Below are positions 39,926 to 47,394 of a DNA stretch of 64,000 bases, piece by piece. Within the stretch, counting starts at the first letter, position 1; every line of letters starts with the position of its first letter. The DNA lies in NCBI GenBank assembly GCA_051745145.1, contig JBNJDT010000005.1, forward strand, positions 1,096-65,095, written 5' to 3'. A program made the position numbers and the translations under genes. Origin of the DNA: Elusimicrobiota bacterium. GTDB taxonomy: Bacteria > CG03 > SLGR01 > JAGXOG01. The notes beneath the pieces were generated by a model that searched no databases, was not told the DNA's origin, and saw nothing but the letters and a program-made list of their open reading frames with translations.

Positions 39926-40824
39926 AAAAAGTTGACCTCCATTTACATTCTACTCTATCGGACGGGAAACTCACTCCGGTAGAATTAATAAAACAGGCAA
40001 AAAAGAAAAATCTCAAGGCAGTCGCTATTACCGATCACGATATAACCGAAGGGATAGAATCGGCAATTAGATACGGAGCCAAGACCGGTATAGAAGTAAT
40101 ACCCGGAATTGAACTGTCCTGCGAATATAAATCCACTGAAGTTCATTTACTGGGATATTTTATAAACTGGGAAAATAGATGGTTTCAGAGCAAATTAAAA
40201 GTTCTGCAAAAGGCCAGGGAAAGAAGGGCCTATCATATATTAAATAAGCTTCAGAATATAGGGGTAAATATTGATGAGCAGATGCTGTTTGCCCAGGCGG
40301 GGAGCGGGGCCATTGGAAGAATGCACTTTGCCCGCTGTCTGGTAAAGATAGGGGAGGTGAAAACCGTAAGAGAAGCATTCAGAGAATATCTGGGAAAGAA
40401 TTGCCCGGCCTTTGTAAGAAAATTGCGTTTAACTCCTGTCGAAGCTCTTAATATGATTCACCGGGTGGCGGGCATCTCCGTATTGGCCCACCCTTCCTTT
40501 GGCGTCAGTCACAAAAATTTTATTCGCCGTCTGGCCCGGCTGGGGCTTTCGGGAATAGAAATTTATCATCCCCACGTATCGGAGGAAGAACAGAAAAAAT
40601 TTAAAGCAACAGCTTATGAATTGGGGTTATTTGTCACTGGAGGTTCTGATTCTCACGGAATGAGACCGGAAGAAAATCCGGTAGGTAGTATGGAAGTAGA
40701 ATACAGTGCAGTTGAAAATATGAAAAAAGCTTTGCAAAAGGTTGAGTTAAAAAATCGTATTATATTAAATTTGCAGAGCCAAAAATCAACTTTTAAAACC
40801 CGGGAGGTGAAAAAGAGTGTTTAA
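39922..40824 (+). CDS. PHP-family phosphoesterase (TrpH/YciV-like)
   Basis: HLHSTLSDG, AITDHD and GGSDSHG metal-binding motifs. 300 aa. Confidence 0.8.
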   Translation: MKKVDLHLHSTLSDGKLTPVELIKQAKKKNLKAVAITDHDITEGIESAIRYGAKTGIEVIPGIELSCEYKSTEVHLLGYFINWENRWFQSKLKVLQKARERRAYHILNKLQNIGVNIDEQMLFAQAGSGAIGRMHFARCLVKIGEVKTVREAFREYLGKNCPAFVRKLRLTPVEALNMIHRVAGISVLAHPSFGVSHKNFIRRLARLGLSGIEIYHPHVSEEEQKKFKATAYELGLFVTGGSDSHGMRPEENPVGSMEVEYSAVENMKKALQKVELKNRIILNLQSQKSTFKTREVKKSV

Positions 40825-41385
40825 AGTAAAAGAATGCATGATAAAAGAGGTAATGACCGCCAAAAGAGGAACTCCTCTCAATGAGATAATAAAGTTTTTT
40901 AAGGAAAAGCACGTTCATGTTTTGCCGGTAGTAGACAAAGAAGACCGGCTTGTGGGAGCGGTCTCTTTAAATGAAATTACAACTGTATTCGAACCTCATT
41001 CCGCCAAGATGAATAAACTTATGGAGGGAATACCTTTTGTCGATTCAGTTGAAGATAATGAACTCGATCTTGATTATATTACTCCGGAGATGGGTATTCT
41101 TGTAATAGCGGATGAAATAAAGACGGATAGATATCTGTCGGTTCGGCCCGATGATTCAATTTCTAAGGCCTATTCGGTTATGAAGAAAAATAAGACAAAA
41201 TTTTTGATGGTCACCGATGAGCAGGGCCGCTTAAAGGGAGTGCTGGGCATGTTTGATATAGTGTATTTTCTGTTTAAAAATAAAGGTGTTATTCAGTGAC
41301 ACTAAATGTCCTGTTCTCTATAGGAATAATATTTTTAACCGGGGTAATCGGGGCTACTTTAATAAAATATTTAAAATTGCCAAAT
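40815..41385 (+). repeat. Upstream copy of a ~570-bp near-identical direct repeat (Shine-Dalgarno + whole CBS gene + first ~27 codons of the antiporter)
   Basis: Matches 42882..43452 with a single mismatch (GACACTAAAT vs GACTCTAAAT). Identity breaks down after AATAAAATA. Confidence 0.85.
40817..41299 (+). CDS. CBS-domain pair protein (copy 1)
   Basis: Two CBS motifs, 160 aa. GTG start with a GGGAGG Shine-Dalgarno. Overlaps the downstream antiporter. Confidence 0.8.
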   Translation: MFKVKECMIKEVMTAKRGTPLNEIIKFFKEKHVHVLPVVDKEDRLVGAVSLNEITTVFEPHSAKMNKLMEGIPFVDSVEDNELDLDYITPEMGILVIADEIKTDRYLSVRPDDSISKAYSVMKKNKTKFLMVTDEQGRLKGVLGMFDIVYFLFKNKGVIQ

Positions 41386-42483
41386 ATTACTTCTTATATT
41401 TTTGTGGGTATTCTGATAGGGCCTGAATTGTTGGATTTAATATCTCCGGCTCTTATGAATTCCACTAAGTTTGTTACCAATGTGGCTTTAAGTTTCATAG
41501 CTTTCGGACTGGGCCAAAATTTTTCAATTAAAAAACTGCAATCTATAGGGAGTAATATAGTTGTCTTAACTATTGGTCAGATGGTAGTTACATTTTTATT
41601 GGTAGGGGGAAGTTTATATATGTTGCCGGATATTTCCTTTCATATGGCTATTCTGGCGGGAGCTATAGCTACCGCCTCGGCTCCAATAGCGGTGATAACA
41701 ATAATAAGAGAATACCGTTCTAAAGGGAATTTTACGGACAACTTATTGGGAGTGGTTGCCTTCGCCGACGGAGGGTCAATTATATTGTTTGCCGTAATTT
41801 TGGCAGTGGCCCGGGGGATAACTCAAACGGGCGGCAGTCTGGGGAGTTTGGTGGTTTCCGGCTTTATGGAAGCTCTGGTAGAAATTGGTGGTGCGATTTT
41901 AGTGGGAGTTATTATAGGAGCCATATTTTCTAAAACTCCCAAGTACGTGGATGATTCAATTGATATATTATTGTATATTCTCGGTTTTGTTCTGCTTACT
42001 TCCGGGGTAGCCTTACATTTTGGTTTTTCGGCACTTCTGGCAAATATGACTTTGGGGATATATCTAGAAAATAGAGGGGAATCAGAGTTTAGATTTTTTG
42101 ATGCGTTAAAAGATTTGGAAACTCCGTTCTATCTTTTATTCTTTGTACTGGCCGGTGCTAAACTGGAACTGGAAATGCTTAAATATTTACCGGCTGCGGC
42201 AACTGTATATATTATTACCCGGATTGGGGGGAAGGTGTTTGGGTCCTATCTGGGAGCAGTAGTGGCATCTGCAAAGAAAGAAGTAAAAAAATATTTGGGG
42301 ATGGCTCTTATTCCCCAGGCCGGTGTGGCTATAGGTTTTGCTCTTATTGTTCAGTCTGTATTTCAAAATACAGGAGGAGAAAAGATATTTTTATTAATAA
42401 TTTCCACTACGGTTGTAAATGAAATAATAGGGCCAGTATTTACTAAAATAGCTCTTCAAAAATCCGGAGAAATTAGAAGTTGA
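41296..42483 (+). CDS. CPA2-family cation/H+ antiporter (copy 1)
   Basis: About 12 TM segments with the Na+/H+-exchanger-family fold. GTG start. Confidence 0.85.
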   Translation: MTLNVLFSIGIIFLTGVIGATLIKYLKLPNITSYIFVGILIGPELLDLISPALMNSTKFVTNVALSFIAFGLGQNFSIKKLQSIGSNIVVLTIGQMVVTFLLVGGSLYMLPDISFHMAILAGAIATASAPIAVITIIREYRSKGNFTDNLLGVVAFADGGSIILFAVILAVARGITQTGGSLGSLVVSGFMEALVEIGGAILVGVIIGAIFSKTPKYVDDSIDILLYILGFVLLTSGVALHFGFSALLANMTLGIYLENRGESEFRFFDALKDLETPFYLLFFVLAGAKLELEMLKYLPAAATVYIITRIGGKVFGSYLGAVVASAKKEVKKYLGMALIPQAGVAIGFALIVQSVFQNTGGEKIFLLIISTTVVNEIIGPVFTKIALQKSGEIRS

Positions 42484-42628
42484 TTTTTTGAATAGCTGTT
42501 ATAATTTTATATAATACTATAAAATATAAGGAATTGAATTTTTGCTCAATTCAAAAGCAGCAGGTGCCGCTGAAAAAGTTAGAGTAACTATCCCTTATAT
42601 ATATAAATTTTGAGGTAATAAAAGTTTA

Positions 42629-42660
42629 GCCCGCTTGAAAAAAAATCAAGCGGTTTTTTT
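42629..42660 (+). terminator. Rho-independent terminator after antiporter copy 1
   Basis: GCCCGCTTGA-AAAAAAA-TCAAGCGG hairpin followed by a T7 run. Confidence 0.7.
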
Positions 42661-42664
42661 ACGG

Positions 42665-42693
42665 TTGACAGGTTTTGGAAAAACAATCATATT
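42665..42693 (+). promoter_or_regulatory. Candidate promoter for CBS/antiporter copy 2
   Basis: TTGACA, a 17-nt spacer, then CATATT. Lies immediately after the terminator and ~190 nt upstream of the copy-2 start. Confidence 0.3.
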
Positions 42694-42881
42694 CTGTAGT
42701 TATTTTAGGTAAAAAGGGATAAATATAAAATTTTTATTTAGAGGATTCAAAATTCTGCTTAGAACTTTAAAAACAAATTTAGTAAAGTGTAATACAGGGT
42801 GAAAATATAAAGTTAATTTTATGAAAGCCTAATTTGATAAATCCATAAATTAGGAAACGCATTAGCCGGGAGGCAAAATTA

Positions 42882-43452
42882 GAGTGTTTAAAGTAAAAGA
42901 ATGCATGATAAAAGAGGTAATGACCGCCAAAAGAGGAACTCCTCTCAATGAGATAATAAAGTTTTTTAAGGAAAAGCACGTTCATGTTTTGCCGGTAGTA
43001 GACAAAGAAGACCGGCTTGTGGGAGCGGTCTCTTTAAATGAAATTACAACTGTATTCGAACCTCATTCCGCCAAGATGAATAAACTTATGGAGGGAATAC
43101 CTTTTGTCGATTCAGTTGAAGATAATGAACTCGATCTTGATTATATTACTCCGGAGATGGGTATTCTTGTAATAGCGGATGAAATAAAGACGGATAGATA
43201 TCTGTCGGTTCGGCCCGATGATTCAATTTCTAAGGCCTATTCGGTTATGAAGAAAAATAAGACAAAATTTTTGATGGTCACCGATGAGCAGGGCCGCTTA
43301 AAGGGAGTGCTGGGCATGTTTGATATAGTGTATTTTCTGTTTAAAAATAAAGGTGTTATTCAGTGACTCTAAATGTCCTGTTCTCTATAGGAATAATATT
43401 TTTAACCGGGGTAATCGGGGCTACTTTAATAAAATACCTCAAGATGCCCAAT
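42882..43452 (+). repeat. Downstream copy of the ~570-bp near-identical direct repeat
   Basis: See 40815..41385. Confidence 0.85.
42884..43366 (+). CDS. CBS-domain pair protein (copy 2; 100% amino-acid identity to copy 1)
   Basis: The 160-aa translation is identical to that of 40817..41299. Confidence 0.8.
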   Translation: MFKVKECMIKEVMTAKRGTPLNEIIKFFKEKHVHVLPVVDKEDRLVGAVSLNEITTVFEPHSAKMNKLMEGIPFVDSVEDNELDLDYITPEMGILVIADEIKTDRYLSVRPDDSISKAYSVMKKNKTKFLMVTDEQGRLKGVLGMFDIVYFLFKNKGVIQ

Positions 43453-44550
43453 ATAACCTCTTATCTTCTGGTGGGTATATTAATCGGTCCCGAAATTTTT
43501 AATCTTATTCCCGGTGAGCTTTTGAATTCGGCCCACTTGTTTACAAATATAGCTTTGAGTTTTATAGCTTTTGATTTAGGACAGAACTTCACCCTTAAAA
43601 AATTGAGGAATATTGGCCGGGAAGTAGCCTGGATTACAGTGGCTCAGATTATTTTTTCATTTCTTCTGGTGGGGTTGGGTATGTATTTTATAGTAGGAAC
43701 GGAAATGCATATTGCCATATTACTGGGAGCGATAGCTACGGCAACTGCCCCGATAGCTGTTATAATGGTAATAAGGGAGTATAAAGCCAGGGGGAATTTT
43801 ACCGATACACTGCTGGGGGTAGTGGCTCTAGATGATGGCGGTGGGATAATAATGTTTGCTGTTTTTCTGGCAGTGGCCCGGGGTATGACTATGGTCGGGG
43901 AAACTCTGGGAACTTTGATAACTACCGGTTTTATTGAAGCTTCTGTTGAGATAGGCGGAGCGGTATTACTGGGAATTATTTTAGGAGTATTGTTTGCTAA
44001 TTTCCCTAAATTTATCGACAGTTCTATAAGTATACTTATATATATACTGGGATTTGTTTTAATTAACACCGGGATATCACAGCATTTTGGTTTTTCTGTA
44101 CTGCTTGCCAATATGTCTATGGGGATATATTTGGCCAATCAGTCGGGAACTGAATACAGATTTTTTGAAACTTTAAATGAGATAGAGCCACCTTTTTATT
44201 TGTTGTTTTTTGTTCTGGCCGGTGCTGAACTTCAGTTTGGGATGCTTAAACATCTTCCTCTGGCAGCGGGAGTATATTTTATTACCCGTTTTACGGGAAA
44301 AATACTCGGCTCCTATCTGGGAGCAGTAGCGGTGTCGGCGAGAGATGAAGTAAAAAAATACCTGGGAATGGCTCTAGCTCCTCAGGCCGGTGTGGCCATA
44401 GGTTTTGCACTGATAGTGAAGAGTACTTTTAAAGGGATAGGTGGAGAAGAAGTGTTTTTTATAATAATTGCCACTACAATTTTAAATGAAATTTTCGGCC
44501 CGGTATTTACAAAAATAGCTCTTCAAAAGTCCGGAGAAACTAAAGTTTAA
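43363..44550 (+). CDS. CPA2-family cation/H+ antiporter (copy 2; diverged paralog, ~65% identical to copy 1)
   Basis: The first 27 aa match copy 1 (one substitution). The remainder is diverged throughout but clearly homologous. Confidence 0.85.
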   Translation: MTLNVLFSIGIIFLTGVIGATLIKYLKMPNITSYLLVGILIGPEIFNLIPGELLNSAHLFTNIALSFIAFDLGQNFTLKKLRNIGREVAWITVAQIIFSFLLVGLGMYFIVGTEMHIAILLGAIATATAPIAVIMVIREYKARGNFTDTLLGVVALDDGGGIIMFAVFLAVARGMTMVGETLGTLITTGFIEASVEIGGAVLLGIILGVLFANFPKFIDSSISILIYILGFVLINTGISQHFGFSVLLANMSMGIYLANQSGTEYRFFETLNEIEPPFYLLFFVLAGAELQFGMLKHLPLAAGVYFITRFTGKILGSYLGAVAVSARDEVKKYLGMALAPQAGVAIGFALIVKSTFKGIGGEEVFFIIIATTILNEIFGPVFTKIALQKSGETKV

Positions 44551-44596
44551 TTCTTGAATACCGGTTTAGAATTTGATATAAGGAAATCATAAGATA

Positions 44597-44700
44597 AAGG
44601 CAGACAGGGGAAGTCCTGTGAAAGTCAGGCGCTGCCCCGCAACTGTGAAAGTCAGAGTACCTGTTGCCTATATTTGGACTTCGAGGGAAGGACGGGCGAA
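44597..44700 (+). promoter_or_regulatory. Cobalamin (B12) riboswitch aptamer
   Basis: AGGGGAAGTCCTGTGAAAGTCAGGCGCTGCCCCGCAACTGTGAAAGTCAGAGTACCTGTTGCC, which carries the hallmark GCUGCCCC-GCAACUGU segment and a B12-box-like AGUCAGAGUACCUG. An enclosing GGCAGACAGG/CCTGTTGCC helix is present. Sits upstream of a btuFCD-btuB operon. Confidence 0.6.
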
Positions 44701-44733
44701 AACTTTTAAATATAAGTAAAGTTATAAGTCTAT

Positions 44734-44764
44734 CCCGCTTGAAGATAACAAAGCGGGTTTTTTT
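44734..44764 (+). terminator. Intrinsic terminator hairpin that probably serves as the riboswitch expression platform
   Basis: CCCGCTT-GAAGATAACA-AAGCGGG followed by a T7 run that ends directly at the btuF ATG. Confidence 0.6.
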
Positions 44765-45619
44765 ATGTTTGACAAATTAAAGAAAGTTATTTTAACCATA
44801 TTAATTTTTATATTATCCGGGTGTAGTTTTTCGGATGGTTCAAAGAGCAAGCCGGGAGAAACTTACCTTTCTCTATCCCCGGCTACGACGGAGATTATAT
44901 ATGCTTTGGGGGCTCAGAAAAATCTGGTGGGAGTAACCGATTTTTGCAATTATCCGGCGGAAGCTAAGGAGAAAGAATCAGTGGGAAATTTTATGAATCC
45001 TTCCTTAGAAAAGATTTTTTCCCTCAACCCGGATATAGTATTTGATGCCGGTCTGCCTCAAAAAAAACTTATAGACAAATTAAAGAAAAGAGGCATAAAA
45101 GTTATTACTGTCGAGCCGGAAAACATTGAACAGTTAAAAGAGAGTATTAAACGTATTGGTAAAATAACAAAAAGAAAAGATAAGAGTAGGAAAGTAATTT
45201 CAAAAATCCACTGGCAGCTAAAAGAAGTTACCCAAAAAGCAGCAAATGTTAACAGAAAAAAGGTTTATGTAGAAATATCGGCAAATCCGATGATGACTGC
45301 GGGGAGAAAAAGTTTTATAACTGAACTTATCGATATAGCCGGAGGAATAAATGTCGCCGGGGATGTAGCAAAGAATTATTTTACTGCCGGCTTTGAATTT
45401 CTAGTAGAAAAACAGCCGGATGTTATATTACTGCTTTCTCAAAATCCAGATAAGAGAAAAAAAGAGCTGGAACGAATTTTAGATAATAAAGGCCGTCATT
45501 CCAAAAAACCAGAAATATTTCCTGTCTCAGTTGAAGAAAAAGATCTATTTTTAAGGCCGGGACCCCGGATCGGCCGGGGAGCGCGGAGAATGTTTGAGCT
45601 GATTCACCGTGAACAGTAA
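44765..45619 (+). CDS. btuF: Periplasmic cobalamin-binding lipoprotein of a B12 ABC importer (BtuF-like)
   Basis: Lipoprotein signal peptide with lipobox (ILSGC). TroA/BtuF-like N-terminus LSLSPATTEIIYALGAQKNLVGVTDFCNYP. Confidence 0.75.
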   Translation: MFDKLKKVILTILIFILSGCSFSDGSKSKPGETYLSLSPATTEIIYALGAQKNLVGVTDFCNYPAEAKEKESVGNFMNPSLEKIFSLNPDIVFDAGLPQKKLIDKLKKRGIKVITVEPENIEQLKESIKRIGKITKRKDKSRKVISKIHWQLKEVTQKAANVNRKKVYVEISANPMMTAGRKSFITELIDIAGGINVAGDVAKNYFTAGFEFLVEKQPDVILLLSQNPDKRKKELERILDNKGRHSKKPEIFPVSVEEKDLFLRPGPRIGRGARRMFELIHREQ

Positions 45620-45688
45620 ATTTTTCGGTCTGCCGGTGGTAAGTATTAAGGTAATGATACCGATAGAAATTTTCACGGGAACCGTTTA

Positions 45689-46618
45689 ATGAAAAGACAT
45701 TTATTATTTTTTAGCTTATTTACCGCCGGTGCTGTAATAATAGCTTTAAATCTGGGCAGCTCCGGAGTAACTTTATTTAACATGACCGGCAGTAACGTAA
45801 TTCTCAATTTGAGAATTCCCCGTATAATTATGGGGCTGGTGGTGGGGTCGGGGCTTTCCGTGGCCGGAGTGATACTGCAGGCACTGCTTAAAAATCCTCT
45901 TGCCGAACCTTATATTGTGGGAACTTCCTCGGGAGCGGCTCTGGGAGCAGCAATAGTATCTTTTATGGGGATAGCATATTTTCGGGCTCCGGCGGCTTTG
46001 GCGGCCGGACTTATTACTACTTTTACAGTATACAGTATAGCAAAGAAAACGGGGCGGCCAGGTCCCAATACTATAATCTTAGCCGGGGTTATTGTGGGCT
46101 CTTTTTTATCGGCAGTCACTCTTATGTTTATGGTTTTAGATCAGAAAACCGCTTACGATATACTGTTTTTCCTTACCGGAAATCTCAGTTTTGAGAGTAC
46201 GGGACGCATCCTGTTTACGTCTGTTTTAATGTTGTCCGGTATAGGGATAGCTTTTTTTTACGGGACCAGACTGGATATTCTATCACTTGAAGATACCGAA
46301 TCCGTAATGCTGGGAGTGGAAGTTGAAAAGGACCGCCGGAATTTATTTATAGTGGCAAATATAATTGTAGCTGTCTCGGTATATGCAAGCGGGATAATAG
46401 GGTTTGTGGGACTCATAGTACCCCATACCGTAAGACTTATGACGGGAACAAAACACAGAAAACTCATATTGAATTCTGCGGTGGCCGGAGCCGGTTTTCT
46501 TGTGCTTTGCGACGGTTTGGCCCGGTCAGTTATTGCTCCCGTGGAGTTACCGGTCGGGGTAATTACCGCGTTTACCGGCGGCCCATTTTTTCTGTATCTT
46601 ATGGTAAGTAAAAGATGA
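45689..46618 (+). CDS. btuC: FecCD-family permease (BtuC-like)
   Basis: 309-aa polytopic protein of the FecCD/BtuC family (RIPRIIMGLVVGSGLSVAGVILQ). Confidence 0.85.
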   Translation: MKRHLLFFSLFTAGAVIIALNLGSSGVTLFNMTGSNVILNLRIPRIIMGLVVGSGLSVAGVILQALLKNPLAEPYIVGTSSGAALGAAIVSFMGIAYFRAPAALAAGLITTFTVYSIAKKTGRPGPNTIILAGVIVGSFLSAVTLMFMVLDQKTAYDILFFLTGNLSFESTGRILFTSVLMLSGIGIAFFYGTRLDILSLEDTESVMLGVEVEKDRRNLFIVANIIVAVSVYASGIIGFVGLIVPHTVRLMTGTKHRKLILNSAVAGAGFLVLCDGLARSVIAPVELPVGVITAFTGGPFFLYLMVSKR

Positions 46619-47376
46619 GTGTTATAAAACTGAAAAATGTTAGTGCCGGTTATAAACAGGGGTTTAAAATGAAAAATTTAAATCTTAAAATGGAAAAAGA
46701 GAATTTTACCGGGATTATCGGCCCCAACGGCAGCGGGAAAACAACCCTTCTGAAAATTATTACCGGTATATTAAAAAATGAAACCGGACAGGTAAAAGTA
46801 GACGGACGCAATATAAAAAACTTAAAACCAAAACAGAAGAGCCGGATAATGGCCTATGTTCCTTCCGAGAGCCTGATTAATTTTAATTATACGGTTCTTG
46901 ATATTGTTATTTTTGGACGGTATCCTTACACGGGGCGGCTGGACAGGTATAAAAAAACCGATAAGAAAAAAGCATTTCGGGCCCTGGAAATCTGCGGCGT
47001 AGCCAGTTTGACTACAAGATTGTTTAATACTTTATCTTCCGGTGAAAAGAAAAAAGTGTTACTGGCCCGGGCTCTGTGCCAAAAAACGGATATTTTATTG
47101 CTGGATGAACCGGCGGCCCATCTGGATATCCATCATGTGAAAGAAATATTTAATTTACTTACTGAACTGTCTGAGAACGGAATAAAGATTATAGCTGTAA
47201 TTCACGATATAAATTTAGCCTCCGTTTACTGCGATGATGTTATAGTATTAAAGCAGGGAGAAATAAAGTATAAAGGGGAAAAAAAAGCTGTAGTAAATAG
47301 TGATTTTTTAAGTAATATTTACGGGGGAGAAGTAGAAGTTAAGAATATTGAAGGAAATAGTTTTATTATCCCTTAA
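46615..47376 (+). CDS. btuD: ABC ATPase (BtuD/FecE-like)
   Basis: GPNGSGKTT, LSSGEKKKVLLARAL, LLLDEPAAHLD, AVIHDIN: all catalytic motifs canonical. Confidence 0.85.
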   Translation: MSVIKLKNVSAGYKQGFKMKNLNLKMEKENFTGIIGPNGSGKTTLLKIITGILKNETGQVKVDGRNIKNLKPKQKSRIMAYVPSESLINFNYTVLDIVIFGRYPYTGRLDRYKKTDKKKAFRALEICGVASLTTRLFNTLSSGEKKKVLLARALCQKTDILLLDEPAAHLDIHHVKEIFNLLTELSENGIKIIAVIHDINLASVYCDDVIVLKQGEIKYKGEKKAVVNSDFLSNIYGGEVEVKNIEGNSFIIP

Positions 47377-47394
47377 AAAAGAAAGGAGAAACAA

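Noticed and set aside
42484-42883. Possibility of a small gene or sRNA in the 400-bp gap between the two duplication copies
   Set aside because: There is no + strand ORF with a start and Shine-Dalgarno. The content is explained as a riboswitch relic, a terminator, a candidate promoter and a 5' UTR (see findings). The 68-aa minus ORF at 42779-42985 overlaps the copy-2 CBS start and is AT-rich noise.
43644-44138. 164-aa minus-strand ORF antisense to antiporter copy 2
   Set aside because: It is a shadow ORF. The sense strand encodes a full-length CPA2 homolog.
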